Below, piece by piece: positions 47,791-58,037 of a DNA stretch of 64,000 bases. The stretch comes from an uncultured Candidatus Micrarchaeota archaeon (lineage in GTDB: Archaea; Micrarchaeota; Micrarchaeia; Anstonellales; Bilamarchaeaceae). The stretch's first letter is position 1. Each line of letters starts with the position of its first letter. Below the pieces are notes generated by a model, which was given only the letters and a program-made list of their open reading frames with translations, was not told the origin of the DNA and ran no database searches. The DNA lies in NCBI GenBank assembly GCA_963714085.1, contig OY970229.1:480001-544000 (forward strand), given 5' to 3'. The position numbers and the translations under genes are program-made.

Positions 47791-49014
47791 ATGGCGAAGA
47801 ACATGAGAGTTATGCTATGCAATCCGTATTTTCCGAGGAAAGTGAAGGGGGCGCCGCTTAGCCTTCTTTATCTTGCGGGTTCCCTGAAACACCGGACATC
47901 GGGATTCAAAGGCGAAGTCTGCCTGCTTGACTTGAACATAACCAATGGGCCGGATAAGGAACTGGCGGATGGATTGAAGGGGTTCAAACCAACGCATTTC
48001 GGGATAACCAGGTTCACTCCGAATGCTTCCGAATCTGCGAATATCCTTGCGAAAGTGAAGGAATATGACGAGAGAATAGTCACAATCACGGGCGGAGCGC
48101 ATGAGATAACCTACGGGTCGGACAGCCTCCGGAGATTAGGGAAGACCGCCGACCACATCGTATGCGATTTTGATGGCATCGAAGCGTTTCAAAGGATTCT
48201 CGGGGCCGGTTCGGGCCTTCACACCTTGGACATACTTCCTGATTACGGTTTGATACTGCAAAACAAGGAGAAATACCAATTCGATGACCTTTTCAACAGG
48301 CCCATGACGCAGATGATAACTTCGACAGGATGCAATTGCGCTTGTTCGTTTTGCGGTGTCAAGGCGCTTAAGTTAGGGGATCTCGGTGTCGTGATGCGCA
48401 ATATAGAGCACATCGTTTCACTCGGCTATGGGGCCATTGTTTTTGACGACGGAAATTTCATCGGGGACAAGAACCGGACGCTCGAGCTCGCCAGGAGGAT
48501 AAAGGAAGGCGGCCTTTGCTTCGATTGGAGCTGCCAGACCAGGGCGGATAGCGTCGATGAAGAGGTCCTGGATGCGATGAAAGGAAGCGGTTGCACGTAT
48601 ATCTGCACCGCACTTGAAAGCGCGGATTCGCGTGTACTCAAGGCGATATCCAAGAAACTCGGCGTGTCCGATGTGATCAGGGCCGTCGACCTTATCAAAA
48701 AGTCCGGGATGAAGGTCGGCTTGTATGTGATATTCGGTCATCCTCTCGAGATAAGCCACCCCGAGATAGCGGTTGCCACGCTGGATATGGTCGAAACCCT
48801 CAGACCGGATTTCCTTTCAGTCTCCATATTTGCCAGATACCGGGGCGTATTGCCTATGGAAGATGTTAACCGGGAGAAGGATTGGCTTTATTTTGATGAG
48901 GGATGGGGAGCTCATCATGATGCTTCGCTTGCGTATGCGATAAAGACGAAAGAAATGATTGAGGAGCGAATCGGGAAAAAACCAGAGATATGGGACTCGA
49001 TCAAAAGGTTTTAG
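47791..49014 (+). CDS. B12-binding-domain radical SAM protein
   Basis: PLSLLYLAG, TGGAH, GCNCACSFC, FDDGNF, QTRAD, ALESAD. Confidence 0.88.
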   Translation: MAKNMRVMLCNPYFPRKVKGAPLSLLYLAGSLKHRTSGFKGEVCLLDLNITNGPDKELADGLKGFKPTHFGITRFTPNASESANILAKVKEYDERIVTITGGAHEITYGSDSLRRLGKTADHIVCDFDGIEAFQRILGAGSGLHTLDILPDYGLILQNKEKYQFDDLFNRPMTQMITSTGCNCACSFCGVKALKLGDLGVVMRNIEHIVSLGYGAIVFDDGNFIGDKNRTLELARRIKEGGLCFDWSCQTRADSVDEEVLDAMKGSGCTYICTALESADSRVLKAISKKLGVSDVIRAVDLIKKSGMKVGLYVIFGHPLEISHPEIAVATLDMVETLRPDFLSVSIFARYRGVLPMEDVNREKDWLYFDEGWGAHHDASLAYAIKTKEMIEERIGKKPEIWDSIKRF

Positions 49015-49055
49015 CTGTGCCCGGGTCGAACCTTCAAATGGACGAAGAAAAAACA

Positions 49056-49128
49056 TGGGCCCGCGCGGATTCGAACCGCGGATCTGCTCGGTGTAAACGA
49101 GCCATGCTAACCGCTACACCACGGGCCC
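49056..49128 (-). tRNA. tRNA-Val(TAC)
   Basis: GGGCCCG..GCTCG-TT-TAC-AC-CGAGC..GGTTCGAATCC..CGGGCCCA. Confidence 0.96.
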
Positions 49129-49254
49129 GATGAATGTTCTGTTATTGCCCTGACTGGATTATAATATTACGCACGGTTTTTGCTCACCGAGCACAAGCTT
49201 TAAAAGCACTGCCGACTTCCATTTTAGGGTTTATACGAATGATGAGGTGAATCG

Positions 49255-51219
49255 ATGATAGATGTAGTTACATTCGCGTTCCTGGCAGGGGTGGCGGCGC
49301 TGCTTTATGCCGGGCTGCTGACCTTCCAGGTGCTCAGGTCACCTAAAGGCAATGACAAGATGCAGGAGATATCCGGCGCCATCAGGGAAGGCGCGAACGC
49401 CTTCCTCTCAAGGCAGTACAAGACGCTGGTGCCCATAGTCGTCCTGCTCGCATTGGTTATAGGATATTTCATCAGCGTCAACACCGCAATCGCATTCCTC
49501 GTAGGTGTGGTGTCCTCGGCCCTGGCGGGTTACATCGGCATGCAAGTGTCCGTGCGCAGCAACGTGCGCGTGGCAGAGGCTGCCAAGGGCGGGCTCGGGT
49601 CCGCGCTCTCCATGGCATTCAAAGGGGGCGCGGTGACCGGCATGGCGCTGGTGGGATTGGGCCTGATAGGCCTCAGCATACTCTATAACGTGTTCGGGCT
49701 CGTGCCGCTCATCGGCTACGGGTTCGGAGCCTCGCTCATATCCCTGTTCTCGAGGGTGGGCGGCGGCATATACACCAAGGCGGCGGACGTGGGCGCCGAT
49801 CTGGTGGGCAAGGTAGAAGCGGGCATCCCTGAAGATGACCCGAGGAACCCCGCCGTGATAGCTGACAACGTCGGCGACAACGTCGGGGACTGCGCGGGCA
49901 TGGCCGCGGACGTGTTCGAGTCGTTCGTGGTCACCGTGATCGCGACGATGCTGCTCGGATTTGCTATGGCTTCGAGCGTATTCGAGACATTACCGCTCGG
50001 CATAGCCGCGCTCGGCGTGATCGCCGGCATCGGCGGCTCGCTGTTTGTGAGGCTGGGCAAGGACAAGAAGGTGATGGGCGCGTTCTACAACGGCATAATC
50101 GCGTCCGCGGTCCTGATGCTCATCTTCAGCTACCTGTATCTGGGCAACATGCAGCTGTTCCTTACCGTCTTCCTCGGCATGCTCGTGACATTGTCCATGT
50201 TCATGATAACCGAGTACTACACGGACAAGGACAGCGGTGCTGTCAGAAGGATAGCCGAGGCTGCCAAGACCGGGGCTGGCACTAACATCATATCCGGCCT
50301 CGCCATAGGCATGGAGGCCACCGCGCTTCCTGCGCTGGTGATCGTGGCAGCGATTGCAATCGCCTTCAGCCTCGCCGGCATTTACGGAGTCGCGCTTGCC
50401 GCGGCCGCCATGATATCAATGAGCGGCATCGTGATAGCGGTGGACTCGTACGGACCGATAACGGACAACGCGGGAGGGATAGCCGAGATGGCCGGGCTTC
50501 CGCCAAAGGTGCGCGAGGTCACGGACCTGCTCGACGCCGTGGGCAACACCACGAAGGCGACTACTAAGGGTTATGCCATCGCGGGCGCCGCGCTCGGTGC
50601 TTTGGCCCTTTTCGCGGCGTTCGCCAACGAGAGCCATCTGACGAGCATCAACCTGCTCTCGCCGCCGGTGGTCATGGGCCTCTTCATAGGGGCGATGCTG
50701 CCGTTCGTGTTCTCCTCGCTGCTCATGACCGCAGTCGGGAAGGCCGCGTTCGAGATAGTGGAGGAGGTCCGCAGGCAGTTCCGCGAGATAAAGGGGCTTA
50801 TGCAGGGCAAGGCGAGGGCTGACTACGCCAGATGCGTGGACATCAGCACCGCCACGGCTCTGCGGGAACTGGCGCTGCCAGGGATAATGGCGGTCGTCAC
50901 TCCGCTTATCGTGGGCTTCCTGTTCGGCGCTGCGGCGCTCGGCGGATTGCTAGCCGGAGTGATAGCGTGCGGCTTCCTGCTGGCGCTGTTCTCCTGCACC
51001 GCCGGCGCGGCATGGGACAACGCCAAGAAGCTCATAGAGGGCGGCGAATACGGCGGCAAGGGCTCTGACACGCACAAGGCCGCCGTGGTCGGGGACACCG
51101 TGGGCGACCCGCTCAAGGACACCTCGGGCCCGGCTTTGAACGCGCTGATAAAGGTCGTGAACACGGTCTCTCTCGTGTTCGGCGCGGTGATTGTGGCCAA
51201 GAACCTCGGCCTGATCTGA
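49255..51219 (+). CDS. hppA: Membrane-bound pyrophosphatase, likely K+-independent H+-pumping
   Basis: GGGIYTKAADVGADLVGKVE, DNVGDNVGD, GNTTKA (Lys = K+-independent signature), GDTVGDPLKD. Confidence 0.95.
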   Translation: MIDVVTFAFLAGVAALLYAGLLTFQVLRSPKGNDKMQEISGAIREGANAFLSRQYKTLVPIVVLLALVIGYFISVNTAIAFLVGVVSSALAGYIGMQVSVRSNVRVAEAAKGGLGSALSMAFKGGAVTGMALVGLGLIGLSILYNVFGLVPLIGYGFGASLISLFSRVGGGIYTKAADVGADLVGKVEAGIPEDDPRNPAVIADNVGDNVGDCAGMAADVFESFVVTVIATMLLGFAMASSVFETLPLGIAALGVIAGIGGSLFVRLGKDKKVMGAFYNGIIASAVLMLIFSYLYLGNMQLFLTVFLGMLVTLSMFMITEYYTDKDSGAVRRIAEAAKTGAGTNIISGLAIGMEATALPALVIVAAIAIAFSLAGIYGVALAAAAMISMSGIVIAVDSYGPITDNAGGIAEMAGLPPKVREVTDLLDAVGNTTKATTKGYAIAGAALGALALFAAFANESHLTSINLLSPPVVMGLFIGAMLPFVFSSLLMTAVGKAAFEIVEEVRRQFREIKGLMQGKARADYARCVDISTATALRELALPGIMAVVTPLIVGFLFGAAALGGLLAGVIACGFLLALFSCTAGAAWDNAKKLIEGGEYGGKGSDTHKAAVVGDTVGDPLKDTSGPALNALIKVVNTVSLVFGAVIVAKNLGLI

Positions 51220-51262
51220 TCTTCTTTTCTATTTTTATTCTCTTTCTCTTATCCTAGTCATA

Positions 51263-52534
51263 ATGTGCTATGCGATTCCAGGGAGGATCGTCTCCATAAA
51301 CGGCCGTACCGCCATTATAGACTACTTTGGAGAGAGGAAGGAGGCAATTGTTATTGGGACCCTGGGGTTCAAAGCCGGGGACTACGTCTATGCCCAGGGC
51401 GGGATAGTGGTAGACAAGGTCGCGGAATCCGAAGCGCTGCCAATCCTCAAGGCATGGAAGGAGCGTTTCTTTGAACTGAAGGAAAGGGACGCTGAAACGA
51501 CAAAAACAAAGGATAAATGTGCGTTCGTCCTAGACAAGGCGGAATCCGGGGCCCTGCTCACGAGAAGCGAGATAGAGGCCATACTCGCGATCCAGGACAA
51601 GAGATCGCTCCGCTCTCTTTATTCGGCAGCGAACCGCGTCCGTTCGCGCGAGCTCGGCAATTCCTGCTGCGTCCATGGCATCTTAGAGTTCTCTAACCAC
51701 TGCAGGAACGCATGCGCCTACTGCGGGATAAACAGGGGCAACACCGCGCTGAAGCGCTACAGGATGCCTGCGGACGAGATAGTCGCGGCAGCGGAATATG
51801 CCACGCGCTCACTTGGTTTCAAGGCCCTGGTCCTCCAGTCCGGCGAGGACGACCATTATACGGACGACATGCTCGTGGGCATCGTGAAGCGAATACGCGA
51901 ACGGTGCGGAATCCTGGTATTCATGTCCGTAGGCGAGCGTTCTATCGAATGTTATAAGAGGCTCTACGATGCCGGTGCTTACGGCGTGCTTCTCAGGTTC
52001 GAGACCTCGAACCAGAAAATATACTCGTTGATGCGGCCAGGGAAGAAACTGGAGGACCGCCTGGCCCTCATCAGGAAGCTGAAATCCCACGGCTTCATAG
52101 TGGCCACGGGCTTCCTCATCGGGCTTCCTGGAGCCACGGGGCAGGACCTGATAAACGACGTCCTGCTTACCAAGAGCCTGGGATCGGACATGTATTCCTT
52201 CGGCCCGCTCATCCCCCATCCGCAGACTCCGCTCGCAGGGACGAAGCAGATATCACCTGATTACGCGCTCAAAGCCATCGCGCTCTCGCGTCTGGTCGAC
52301 CCGAAGGCCAAGATCCTCGCGACAACCGCGCTCGAGACGCTCGAGAAGGGAAAGAAGGAAGGGCTTCTCGCAGGCGCGAACTCGCTCATGATAAACGTGA
52401 CTCCGGCGCATTACCGGCGGGATTATGATTTGTACCCTGGCAAGACAGGTGACATGAAGACGCAGGAGGAGATCCGAAAGACGCTTGAGCTCCTGTATTC
52501 GCTAGGAAGGGCGCCCACTGACCTAGGAAGATGA
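51263..52534 (+). CDS. hydE: HypC/HupF-like domain fused to HydE-like radical SAM
   Basis: N-terminal MCYAIPGRI...AIIDYFG...GDYVYAQGG...EA..IL; then CRNACAYC, LQSGED, LLRFETSN, PHPQTPL, ATTALETL, GANSLMINVTP..YR..YDLYPGK. Confidence 0.82.
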   Translation: MCYAIPGRIVSINGRTAIIDYFGERKEAIVIGTLGFKAGDYVYAQGGIVVDKVAESEALPILKAWKERFFELKERDAETTKTKDKCAFVLDKAESGALLTRSEIEAILAIQDKRSLRSLYSAANRVRSRELGNSCCVHGILEFSNHCRNACAYCGINRGNTALKRYRMPADEIVAAAEYATRSLGFKALVLQSGEDDHYTDDMLVGIVKRIRERCGILVFMSVGERSIECYKRLYDAGAYGVLLRFETSNQKIYSLMRPGKKLEDRLALIRKLKSHGFIVATGFLIGLPGATGQDLINDVLLTKSLGSDMYSFGPLIPHPQTPLAGTKQISPDYALKAIALSRLVDPKAKILATTALETLEKGKKEGLLAGANSLMINVTPAHYRRDYDLYPGKTGDMKTQEEIRKTLELLYSLGRAPTDLGR

Positions 52535-53901
52535 CGGATATGTATTCCCACGACGAGAAGAGGATAAACGGCCTGCTCGCAGGCTCAGGAGCCCCGGACG
52601 ACGAGAGGCTTGGAAGGATCCTGAAAAAGGCCGAATTGAAGAAGGGCCTTGACCTGGAGGAATCCGCCGCATTGTTGCAAATCCGTGACAGCGGGCAGCT
52701 GGAGCGCCTCTTCGCATCCGCCGGGAAGGTGAAGAACGACATCTACGGGAACAGGGTGGTGCTGTTCGCCCCGCTTTACATATCCGATTACTGCGTTAAC
52801 GACTGCGCGTACTGCGGGTTCCACCGCAGGAACAACGCCGCGAGGACACGGCTCACGCTGGAGGAGATAGGGAAACAGACCGAACGCATAATAGGCATGG
52901 GGCACAAGCGCATACTCCTCGAGGCCGGCGAGCATCCGGACACGACCATAGATTACGTGTGCGATGCCATAAGGCAGATATACAGGACGAAGCCGAGCAA
53001 GGGCGAGATCAGGCGCGTGAACGTCAACATAGCGGCCACCACGAAGGAGAACTACGCGAGGCTGAAGCAGGCGGGGATCGGCACCTACCAGCTGTTCCAG
53101 GAGACGTACCACCGCAGGACCTATGAGGCGTTGCATAAGGGGCCCAAGGCGGACTACGAGCGCCAGGTCACGGCGCACGGGCGCGCGTTCGAAGCTGGGA
53201 TAGACGATTACGGCATGGGCGTGCTGTTCGGACTCTACGACCACAGGTTCGAGGTCCTCTCGCTCCTGGCCCATGCGAAATATATGGAGCAGCACTATGG
53301 CGTGGGCCCGCACACGATATCCGTGCCCAGGTTCCGCCCGGCGCCATCCGTGGATTTCAGCCCGGCCTCCCTGGTCTCGGACCAGGACTTCCTCAAGCTA
53401 ATCGCTGTGATACGGCTCTCGCTCCCTTACACGGGAATGATAATCTCCACGCGCGAGACCCCGGAAATCAGGAAAAAGGCGTTCGGGATAGGCATATCCC
53501 AGGCCAGCGCGGGCTCCTGCACCTCGGTCGGCGGATACGGGGGCGGCGGCATCGCGGGGCAGTTCGAGATCGGCGACCACCGGGACGTGGACTCGGTGGT
53601 ACGCTCGCTCATGTCCCAGGGCTGCATACCCTCGTTCTGCACCGCCTGCTACCGCTCGAAGCGCACCGGAGACGCGTTCATGCGCCTGGCCAAGGCAGGT
53701 GACATCCACTACCTCTGCAAGCCCAATGCCATACTGACGTTCAAGGAGTTCGTCACTGATTATGCGGGCCAGGAGACCAGGAAGATGGGCGATGCGCTCA
53801 TAAGAAGGGAAGTCGAGAAGATAGAGAGCGACGAGAGGAGAACCGAGACGAAAAAACGCCTCGTGAGGATAGAAAAGGGCGAGCGGGACCTGTTCTTCTA
53901 G
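52531..53901 (+). CDS. hydG: [FeFe]-hydrogenase maturase HydG
   Basis: FAPLYISDYCVNDCAYCG, IRRVNVNIA, GTYQLFQETYH, GPHTISVPR, PSFCTACYR...LCKPNA. Confidence 0.93.
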   Translation: MTDMYSHDEKRINGLLAGSGAPDDERLGRILKKAELKKGLDLEESAALLQIRDSGQLERLFASAGKVKNDIYGNRVVLFAPLYISDYCVNDCAYCGFHRRNNAARTRLTLEEIGKQTERIIGMGHKRILLEAGEHPDTTIDYVCDAIRQIYRTKPSKGEIRRVNVNIAATTKENYARLKQAGIGTYQLFQETYHRRTYEALHKGPKADYERQVTAHGRAFEAGIDDYGMGVLFGLYDHRFEVLSLLAHAKYMEQHYGVGPHTISVPRFRPAPSVDFSPASLVSDQDFLKLIAVIRLSLPYTGMIISTRETPEIRKKAFGIGISQASAGSCTSVGGYGGGGIAGQFEIGDHRDVDSVVRSLMSQGCIPSFCTACYRSKRTGDAFMRLAKAGDIHYLCKPNAILTFKEFVTDYAGQETRKMGDALIRREVEKIESDERRTETKKRLVRIEKGERDLFF

Positions 53902-56645
53902 CGGTACATACCCTCGGGCTTTTTAGCCGGGGGCGGTGGCGGGGGCTCCTCGCCGCCTTCGCCGCGCTCGCCATAGACCGAGAGGAACTCGTCGTATTCG
54001 CCCAGCATCCCCTTCGTGATGGACGGCTTCCTCTTCCTGAGCAGGGAGAGCACGTTCTCAGTAGCGAGCTTCCCCTCCTGGCCCGCTATCCTGCCCCTGA
54101 GGACGACCATCTTCGCGTCGCGGCAGACGAGCGCTATGTCCGCGCCGCTGAAATCCGGGGACGCGTCCGCCAGTGCATCCAGGTTCACTCCGGAAGCGAA
54201 CTTACCCAGATACAGCCTGAACAGGTCCACCCTCCCCTTCCTGTCCGGCTGGGGTATGTAGAATATCTTGTCGAACCTGCCGGGTCGGAGCAGCGCGGGG
54301 TCGAGGAGCCCGGGCTTGTTGGTCGCGGCTATGACGACCACGCCTTTTAGCTCCTTGAGCCCGTCCATCTCCGTGAGGAACTGTCCGACTATCTCCGAGG
54401 ACGTCACGCCCCTGGCAGGCGCGAACGTCTCGATCTCGTCTATGAATATTATGGCCGGCGGGTTCTCACGGCCCCTGTTGAAGGTCTCCTTTATCACCGA
54501 GACCGCCTGCGTGTAGCCCCGCTGCATTATCTCGGCCCCTGAGAGCGTCTGGAACGAGGCTTTGAGCTCGTTGCAGGCCGCCTTCACTATGAGCGTCTTT
54601 CCAGTCCCGGGCGGACCGAATAGCAATATGCCCTTGCTCGGCTTGATCTTCATCTCCTTCATGAGGTCCTCGTGCAGCAGCGGGACCTCTATGGTCTCAA
54701 GGAGCGCCTTCTTGACCTCGTCCAGACCGACAACGTCCTCCCATCTCACGACATCCTCCGCCGGCTTCACCTCTTTCTCAGCGCCCACCCTGCGCTCGAA
54801 GTCCAGCCTGAACTGCTCGTACTGGTCCAGCGCCGCCAGGGATGTGCTAGGCTTCACCGCCTCGATGACGGCCATGAGGTGGGCCATGCTCACGGGCACG
54901 ATGGCGTTAGCCTTCAACGCGTCCTTGCTGGCCAGCTTCACCGCCTCGTTCACGATGTTCTTTATGTCCGCGCCCGAGAAGCGCTCGGTCTTCTGGGCGA
55001 GCCTGTCGAAATCCACGTCCTTGTCATAGGGGAGCTTCTTCAGGTCCACCCTGAATATCGCCTCCCGCGCCTTCTTGTCCGGGAGGTGCATGTATATGAT
55101 CTTGTCCAGCCTGCCCGGGCGCAGAAGGGCGGTATCGAGCTGCGCGGGCAGGTTGGTCGTGCCGATCACCAGTAGCGGGACCTTGGTCTTCGTCGCCCCG
55201 TCCATCTCGGTCAGGAGCGTGGAGAGCACGCGGGGCGCTACGTCGTCCGAGGAGTACGCCTCCCTCTTCTTGCCTATCGCGTCGATCTCGTCGAAGAACA
55301 GGATCGTGGGCTTCCCCGACTTCCTAGCGTCGTCGAAGGCGTCCCGGACGTTCTTCTCGCTCTCCCCGAGCCATTGCGACATTATCTCCGTGGTCTTGAT
55401 CTCTATGAAGAAATACCCGATCTCCCTGGCGAGAGCGCGCATGAGCATGGTCTTGCCGGTCCCTGGCGGGCCGAATAGCAATATGCCGGAGGGCGGCTTG
55501 ATGTTGTACGCGAATGCGAGCTCCTTCTTGTCCAGGGGCATGGCTATGGAGTCGCGGAGCTCCTGCTTGACGTCCTCGTAGCCGCCCACGTCGTCCATGG
55601 ATTGCTCGGCACCGCCGACGGACATGTCCTTGAATCCGAACTTCCCGAAGCTTTTGAGGCGCTCCTGGCTCTGCGCCTCCTTCTCCCTGCTTATATGCAG
55701 GCCGAACTGCTCCAGGACGCCAAGGACTATTATGGAGACCACGACCGCAGAAGCGAGGCCTAGCGGCGGACCCTGGTTTGAGAACGCACTTATGATGTAA
55801 TAGAAAGGCAGGACGCTGAGAAGGGCGAGCGAGGACATCAGCTGCGGCCTGCGCTTTATCAGGCCCGAAAGGTAGGATGTGAGCCAGAGCGCGACCGCCC
55901 AGGCGATCATCTGGAGGAAGCCGGAATCCGAGAGCAGGATGAGCGACAGGTTCTTGATCACCTGCGCGATGGCGCTGTCCATCTCGTTCAGCACAGTTAT
56001 CTGCACCATGGAGGAAAGCGTGTTGGAGAAGGTCGCTGGCAGCGACATGATGTCCACGGCCGGGCGGCTGAGCATGAGCGGCTGGTATCCTGGCTGGTAT
56101 AAGGTCGTCACTATGGGCATGTAGGCCGAGTTCGAGACCAGCCAGATGGAGGAGAGCAGGAGTATGAGGAGGACCGACGGTACGGATATCAGTATGGATT
56201 TCTTCGACCCGAAGTGCATCGCGGCCATTGCCATGCCTAGGATGGTTACCCAGCCGAATATGGGGATCTGCGGGAAGAAGAAGGGCGCGAGCACGAGGAC
56301 CTCCAGGGCCGCAATCACCATCCAGTTGTCCCACACCTCGAACATGGCTATTGCCAGGAAAAGCAGGAACACCCAGCCGAACACGGCGGACTGGAACGAC
56401 ACCGCGGGCAGCGCCATGAGCATGCCCAGCACGACCGCTATGGGCGGATGCCTGTATGCCACCGCGCCGCACACGAGGGCCAGCACGGGCACGAGATAGA
56501 ACGGATAGAACGGCACCGTGCCCAGCAAGAACAGGGCGCCGAAGAAAACCAGCACGGCGGCCCAGAACTTCTCGTTCTCCTGGGCGAGTTTCACGTAGGC
56601 CCTGACCTTCTGACCGGCCATGGTCTTGGTTTCGACTACTGGCAT
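53898..56645 (-). CDS. Membrane-anchored double AAA+ ATPase (CDC48-like) with multi-TM N-terminus
   Basis: ~320-aa hydrophobic N-terminus; two GPPGTGKT / DE / LRPGR modules. Confidence 0.9.
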   Translation of the reverse strand: MPVVETKTMAGQKVRAYVKLAQENEKFWAAVLVFFGALFLLGTVPFYPFYLVPVLALVCGAVAYRHPPIAVVLGMLMALPAVSFQSAVFGWVFLLFLAIAMFEVWDNWMVIAALEVLVLAPFFFPQIPIFGWVTILGMAMAAMHFGSKKSILISVPSVLLILLLSSIWLVSNSAYMPIVTTLYQPGYQPLMLSRPAVDIMSLPATFSNTLSSMVQITVLNEMDSAIAQVIKNLSLILLSDSGFLQMIAWAVALWLTSYLSGLIKRRPQLMSSLALLSVLPFYYIISAFSNQGPPLGLASAVVVSIIVLGVLEQFGLHISREKEAQSQERLKSFGKFGFKDMSVGGAEQSMDDVGGYEDVKQELRDSIAMPLDKKELAFAYNIKPPSGILLFGPPGTGKTMLMRALAREIGYFFIEIKTTEIMSQWLGESEKNVRDAFDDARKSGKPTILFFDEIDAIGKKREAYSSDDVAPRVLSTLLTEMDGATKTKVPLLVIGTTNLPAQLDTALLRPGRLDKIIYMHLPDKKAREAIFRVDLKKLPYDKDVDFDRLAQKTERFSGADIKNIVNEAVKLASKDALKANAIVPVSMAHLMAVIEAVKPSTSLAALDQYEQFRLDFERRVGAEKEVKPAEDVVRWEDVVGLDEVKKALLETIEVPLLHEDLMKEMKIKPSKGILLFGPPGTGKTLIVKAACNELKASFQTLSGAEIMQRGYTQAVSVIKETFNRGRENPPAIIFIDEIETFAPARGVTSSEIVGQFLTEMDGLKELKGVVVIAATNKPGLLDPALLRPGRFDKIFYIPQPDRKGRVDLFRLYLGKFASGVNLDALADASPDFSGADIALVCRDAKMVVLRGRIAGQEGKLATENVLSLLRKRKPSITKGMLGEYDEFLSVYGERGEGGEEPPPPPPAKKPEGMYR

Positions 56646-56688
56646 GAGGGGGACTACTCGGATACGGTTTTTAATCAGTGGGGTTTTC

Positions 56689-56949
56689 CTATTCTATCTT
56701 CGGGTCCGGCTCTATGCGCCTCCAGCTGCCGTTCATGTACTGCCAGAGCTGCTTGAAGCGGGAGTCGTAGACCAGGCTGTACTTGGACGCGTCGTCCATG
56801 GGCCGGTCGATCTCGATCAGGACGAACCTGCGCATCCAGTCTATCTCGTCCCGGAACACATTCCTCTCTATCGCGTAGATGCGGGCGCGCTCCTTCTTGG
56901 TCTTCTCGCACCAGTCCACGACCTTCTTTATCTCCTCCGCGGTCGGCAT
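56689..56949 (-). CDS. Small hypothetical protein
   Basis: 86 aa, host-like codon usage, tightly packed between co-oriented genes. Confidence 0.7.
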   Translation of the reverse strand: MPTAEEIKKVVDWCEKTKKERARIYAIERNVFRDEIDWMRRFVLIEIDRPMDDASKYSLVYDSRFKQLWQYMNGSWRRIEPDPKIE

Positions 56950-56954
56950 GACGA

Positions 56955-58037
56955 TTACCTCTTCACGATGCTTATTATGTCCCCGTCGACGAGGACGTGC
57001 TCCAGCCCCACGCGCTGCGACGCGTGCTTCACGCTCTTGCCCCAGACAAGCGCGTAGCGGAAGTTCTCCTTCAGGTCCCTGTGCAGCAGGGCGCAGAACT
57101 CGGCGACCGTGATGCCGGACTTCACTATCATCGGCTCGTCCAGGTCCGCCTTCTCCCTGCGCTTCTTGGTGAATATCTTTATGAAGCGGAGCTTGTCGTA
57201 TATGGCTTCTTTCAGCTGCTCCATGCCCTCGTTCTTCTCGGCGGATATGATCACATAGTCCTTGGGGAACTTCGTCAGCTCCCTCTTATCCACCAAGTCC
57301 GCCTTGCTCACCACGTAGACCGACGGTATGTAGACGCGGTTGCCTTCAAGCACGTCTATGAACTCGTCGAGCGTCACGTCCTCCCGGAGCACGACGTCCG
57401 CGTTGAATATGCGGTACTCGTTGAGCGCCGCGGTTATCTCGTTGTTGGTTATCCTCGTGATGGGGACCGTGGCGTTGATGGTTATCCCGCCGCGCAGCAT
57501 CTCCTTCACAACCACCGATGGCGGGCGCTTGTTTATCCTTATGCCGAACCCGTAGAGCTCGCTCTCTATGACCTTGTGCTGCAAGGGGGCGGCGGCCTCT
57601 AGCATGATCAGGACGAGGTCCGCGCTGCGGGCCACCGCGATCACCTCCCTTCCGCGGCCCCTGCCGTCCTTCGCGCCCTCGATTATGCCCGGAAGGTCGA
57701 GCAGCTGTATCTTGGCCTGCTTGTATTCCATGATGCCCGGGATGCACTTGAGCGTGGTGAACGCGTACGCCGCGGTCTTGGACTCCGCGTTCGTTATCCT
57801 GTTTAGGAGAGTGGATTTCCCGACGCTGGGCAGCCCGATTATGGCCACCGTGGCGTTGCCGGATTTCTTTACGTCGAAGCCGCCGCTCGCGGCGCCGTGC
57901 TTCCTGGGGCTGACAAGCTCGCGCCGCAGCTTGGCGAGCTTGGACTTGATGATGCCGATATGGTACTCCGTGGCCTTGTTCTTCTGCGTGCGCCCGAGTT
58001 CGTCCTCGAGCTCCTTTATCTTGTCCTGTATCCCCAT
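56955..58037 (-). CDS. DRG/OBG-family GTPase with TGS domain
   Basis: TQKNKATEYH, GLPSVGKST, YAFTT, DLPGIIEGA, VWGKSVKH..QRVG. Confidence 0.95.
   Translation of the reverse strand: MGIQDKIKELEDELGRTQKNKATEYHIGIIKSKLAKLRRELVSPRKHGAASGGFDVKKSGNATVAIIGLPSVGKSTLLNRITNAESKTAAYAFTTLKCIPGIMEYKQAKIQLLDLPGIIEGAKDGRGRGREVIAVARSADLVLIMLEAAAPLQHKVIESELYGFGIRINKRPPSVVVKEMLRGGITINATVPITRITNNEITAALNEYRIFNADVVLREDVTLDEFIDVLEGNRVYIPSVYVVSKADLVDKRELTKFPKDYVIISAEKNEGMEQLKEAIYDKLRFIKIFTKKRREKADLDEPMIVKSGITVAEFCALLHRDLKENFRYALVWGKSVKHASQRVGLEHVLVDGDIISIVKR

Noticed and set aside
52531..53901. ThiH assignment for the HydG-like gene (and BioB/PylB for its neighbour)
   Set aside because: The C-terminal CTACYR...C motif and the HydE-type YxLYPGK tail favour HydG and HydE.
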